A stretch of 64,000 bases of DNA, taken from the IMG/VR virus record IMGVR_UViG_3300021378_001157, one strand, 5' to 3'. The stretch's first letter is position 1; each line of letters starts with the position of its first letter. The position numbers and the translations under genes are program-made. Below are positions 62,538 to 64,000 of this stretch, piece by piece. The notes under the pieces were generated by a model. That model was not told the origin of the DNA and searched no databases. It worked only from the letters and a program-made list of their open reading frames with translations. Source of the DNA: an uncultured virus (IMG/VR IMGVR_UViG_3300021378_001157). Its lineage: Duplodnaviria > Heunggongvirae > Uroviricota > Caudoviricetes.

Positions 62538-64000
62538 CTAGAAATCATCTTCATCTGACTTATGCATACCTGCTGCAACTTCAGCTTTAATCTGGTCTTC
62601 CATTTCTTTCTTCGCTTCATCATCCAGTTTTAGAATATTCTTAGCAGCCCACTCATGTGAGATATACTTACCAATATACTCTTCTACTGAACTTAACATA
62701 TCAAATCTTTCTTTCCATATCTCAGCTTCTTTCAATTCTGAGAAATAGTTATCTTCGATATAGTTAAACTGTATCTGTTCTTTCCACTCGTCCCAATCTT
62801 GTTTAGTAATAATACCTTTTAACAATAATTGAGTTCTTAGAGTTTGTCTAAACAAATCACTAAATCTCTTTCTAAGTCTATCAATAAACTTCTTAAACTT
62901 AACTTCATCCCTAGAGATTTCGGTACTTCTACCTAAAGCAAAGTTAGATTCTTGTTCCAATCTATCTACTGGAACATTAAGAGATTTGTATAATTTCTTC
63001 TGGAAATATAAGATATCATCTATCTGCCCAAGATTTTCTCCACCAGGCAATGTAGTAATCTCTGTTCCTCTACCGCCTTCTCTTCTTGGTAAGAAAAAGT
63101 CCTCTAACATGGACATATGCTTCTTATCATCTTTAATATTACCAGTCTTAGCATCATATACCATTTTATTTCTATATTGGCCCATGATGTTCTTTAAGTA
63201 CTCTTCAGCCTTACCCTTAGGTAAGTTACCAACATCAATATAAAAGATTCTTCTCTCTGGCGCTCTACTTATTCTATAGATAACCAATGAATCTTCCATC
63301 ATTCTTAGTTGATTAACAGGTTTAATTGCTTTCTGTAAGTAACTTAATATTCTTCTTCTACTTGCATCTAATACACCTGATGTGCAATAGATAACTGAAT
63401 CTGGGTGAATTTTAATTCCTTGATTAGACTTGCCCATAGCAACATCTTGGAATAGGAAATATTCACTTTCCTTTTTAATAACATTAGCCCCAGTTTTAGG
63501 GTCTTTCTCTTCTTCAACCTCTTTAATCTTTCTAAGTTTAGTTGGGTCAATGTAACGTAATTCTTTGATACCATTCTTTGGATTCTTATCATCAATAATA
63601 ACGTGATAAGGTAATCTACCATCTACATACCATCTACGGAAGATATCATGTCCGTAACTGTTAAAATTATACATAGCAAGAATATTATTAAATTCCTCTT
63701 GCATAATTTCTTTAACTTTATCTGAAGCCTTTACTTCATCTAATACTAATCTTACTGGAGTATCATCGTGACCTCCAACAATTGCCTCATTCATAATATC
63801 TTCAATAGCTGCATCACACTCTGGTTGAGTAGATACATCACGATATTTAAAAATAAGTTCTATTTCATTCTTTGCTTTATCACCATCTAGGTCAAGATAT
63901 GCGCCAAAGTGGCCTCCTGCCTGAATAACACCAGCACCGTCTTCATCTGTATTTGGAACGAAAGAAGGACGTACGGGCTCAAGAGCCGCTTTCTTCCTAT
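62538..64000 (-). CDS. 20: portal protein gp20 (5' end outside the window)
   Basis: WYVDGR, YRISRAPERRIFYIDVGNLPK.KAE, EDFFLPRREGGRGTEITTLPGG, RDEVKF.KFI. Confidence 0.96.
   Translation of the reverse strand, partial: RKKAALEPVRPSFVPNTDEDGAGVIQAGGHFGAYLDLDGDKAKNEIELIFKYRDVSTQPECDAAIEDIMNEAIVGGHDDTPVRLVLDEVKASDKVKEIMQEEFNNILAMYNFNSYGHDIFRRWYVDGRLPYHVIIDDKNPKNGIKELRYIDPTKLRKIKEVEEEKDPKTGANVIKKESEYFLFQDVAMGKSNQGIKIHPDSVIYCTSGVLDASRRRILSYLQKAIKPVNQLRMMEDSLVIYRISRAPERRIFYIDVGNLPKGKAEEYLKNIMGQYRNKMVYDAKTGNIKDDKKHMSMLEDFFLPRREGGRGTEITTLPGGENLGQIDDILYFQKKLYKSLNVPVDRLEQESNFALGRSTEISRDEVKFKKFIDRLRKRFSDLFRQTLRTQLLLKGIITKQDWDEWKEQIQFNYIEDNYFSELKEAEIWKERFDMLSSVEEYIGKYISHEWAAKNILKLDDEAKKEMEDQIKAEVAAGMHKSDEDDF

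Noticed and set aside
458..63243. Numerous plus-strand ORFs in the six-frame track
   Set aside because: They are antisense shadows of well-supported minus-strand genes, with S/L/F/I-rich composition, no recognisable motifs and no promoter or SD support.
1..64000. Stop-codon reassignment or programmed frameshifts
   Set aside because: Core genes are full length in the standard code and end in TAA, TAG and TGA; no suppressor tRNA or split gene was seen.

Overview
This 64 kb, AT-rich window is the core of a T4-like myovirus genome, and essentially all real genes are on the minus strand. In transcription order it holds: the head module (portal gp20 partial, gp67, gp21, gp22, gp23, gp3); uvsY/uvsW; late sigma gp55; gp47/gp46; tRNA-Arg; a VWA + MoxR pair; gp45/44/62, regA, hsp20 and DNA polymerase gp43; a sugar/DNA-modification block (MazG, two TET-associated-type glycosyltransferases, an AEP primase, ugd, an epimerase); GroES, dCMP deaminase, ribosomal protein bS21, uvsX, gp41, thyX, tRNA-Ala and DNA ligase; a ~9 kb late cluster whose proteins share a T4 capsid-targeting-like N-terminus; a spanin + lipase block; nrdA/B/C, rnh, phoH and peroxiredoxin; and, at the left end, tail-adhesin-like genes flanking a PRMT-like methyltransferase. 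An aquatic gammaproteobacterial host is inferred from the bS21, IbpA, AhpC and NrdAB types, and no photosynthesis genes are seen. The best candidates for new biology are: (1) a putatively virion-packaged enzyme kit (RNA-ligase-fold protein, PNK/zeta-like kinase, HIGH nucleotidyltransferase, PD-(D/E)xK-like nuclease); (2) a phage protein-arginine-methyltransferase-like enzyme among adhesin genes; (3) a double-TAGT/Ugd DNA glycosylation module with no TET in view; (4) an unannotated early QLDLF clamp-motif microprotein; and (5) cis elements: a ROSE-like thermometer, a shared late-leader hairpin, and a lone antisense promoter with a G-tract. All family calls come from motif recognition by eye. 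No database search was run, and DUF labels are from memory.
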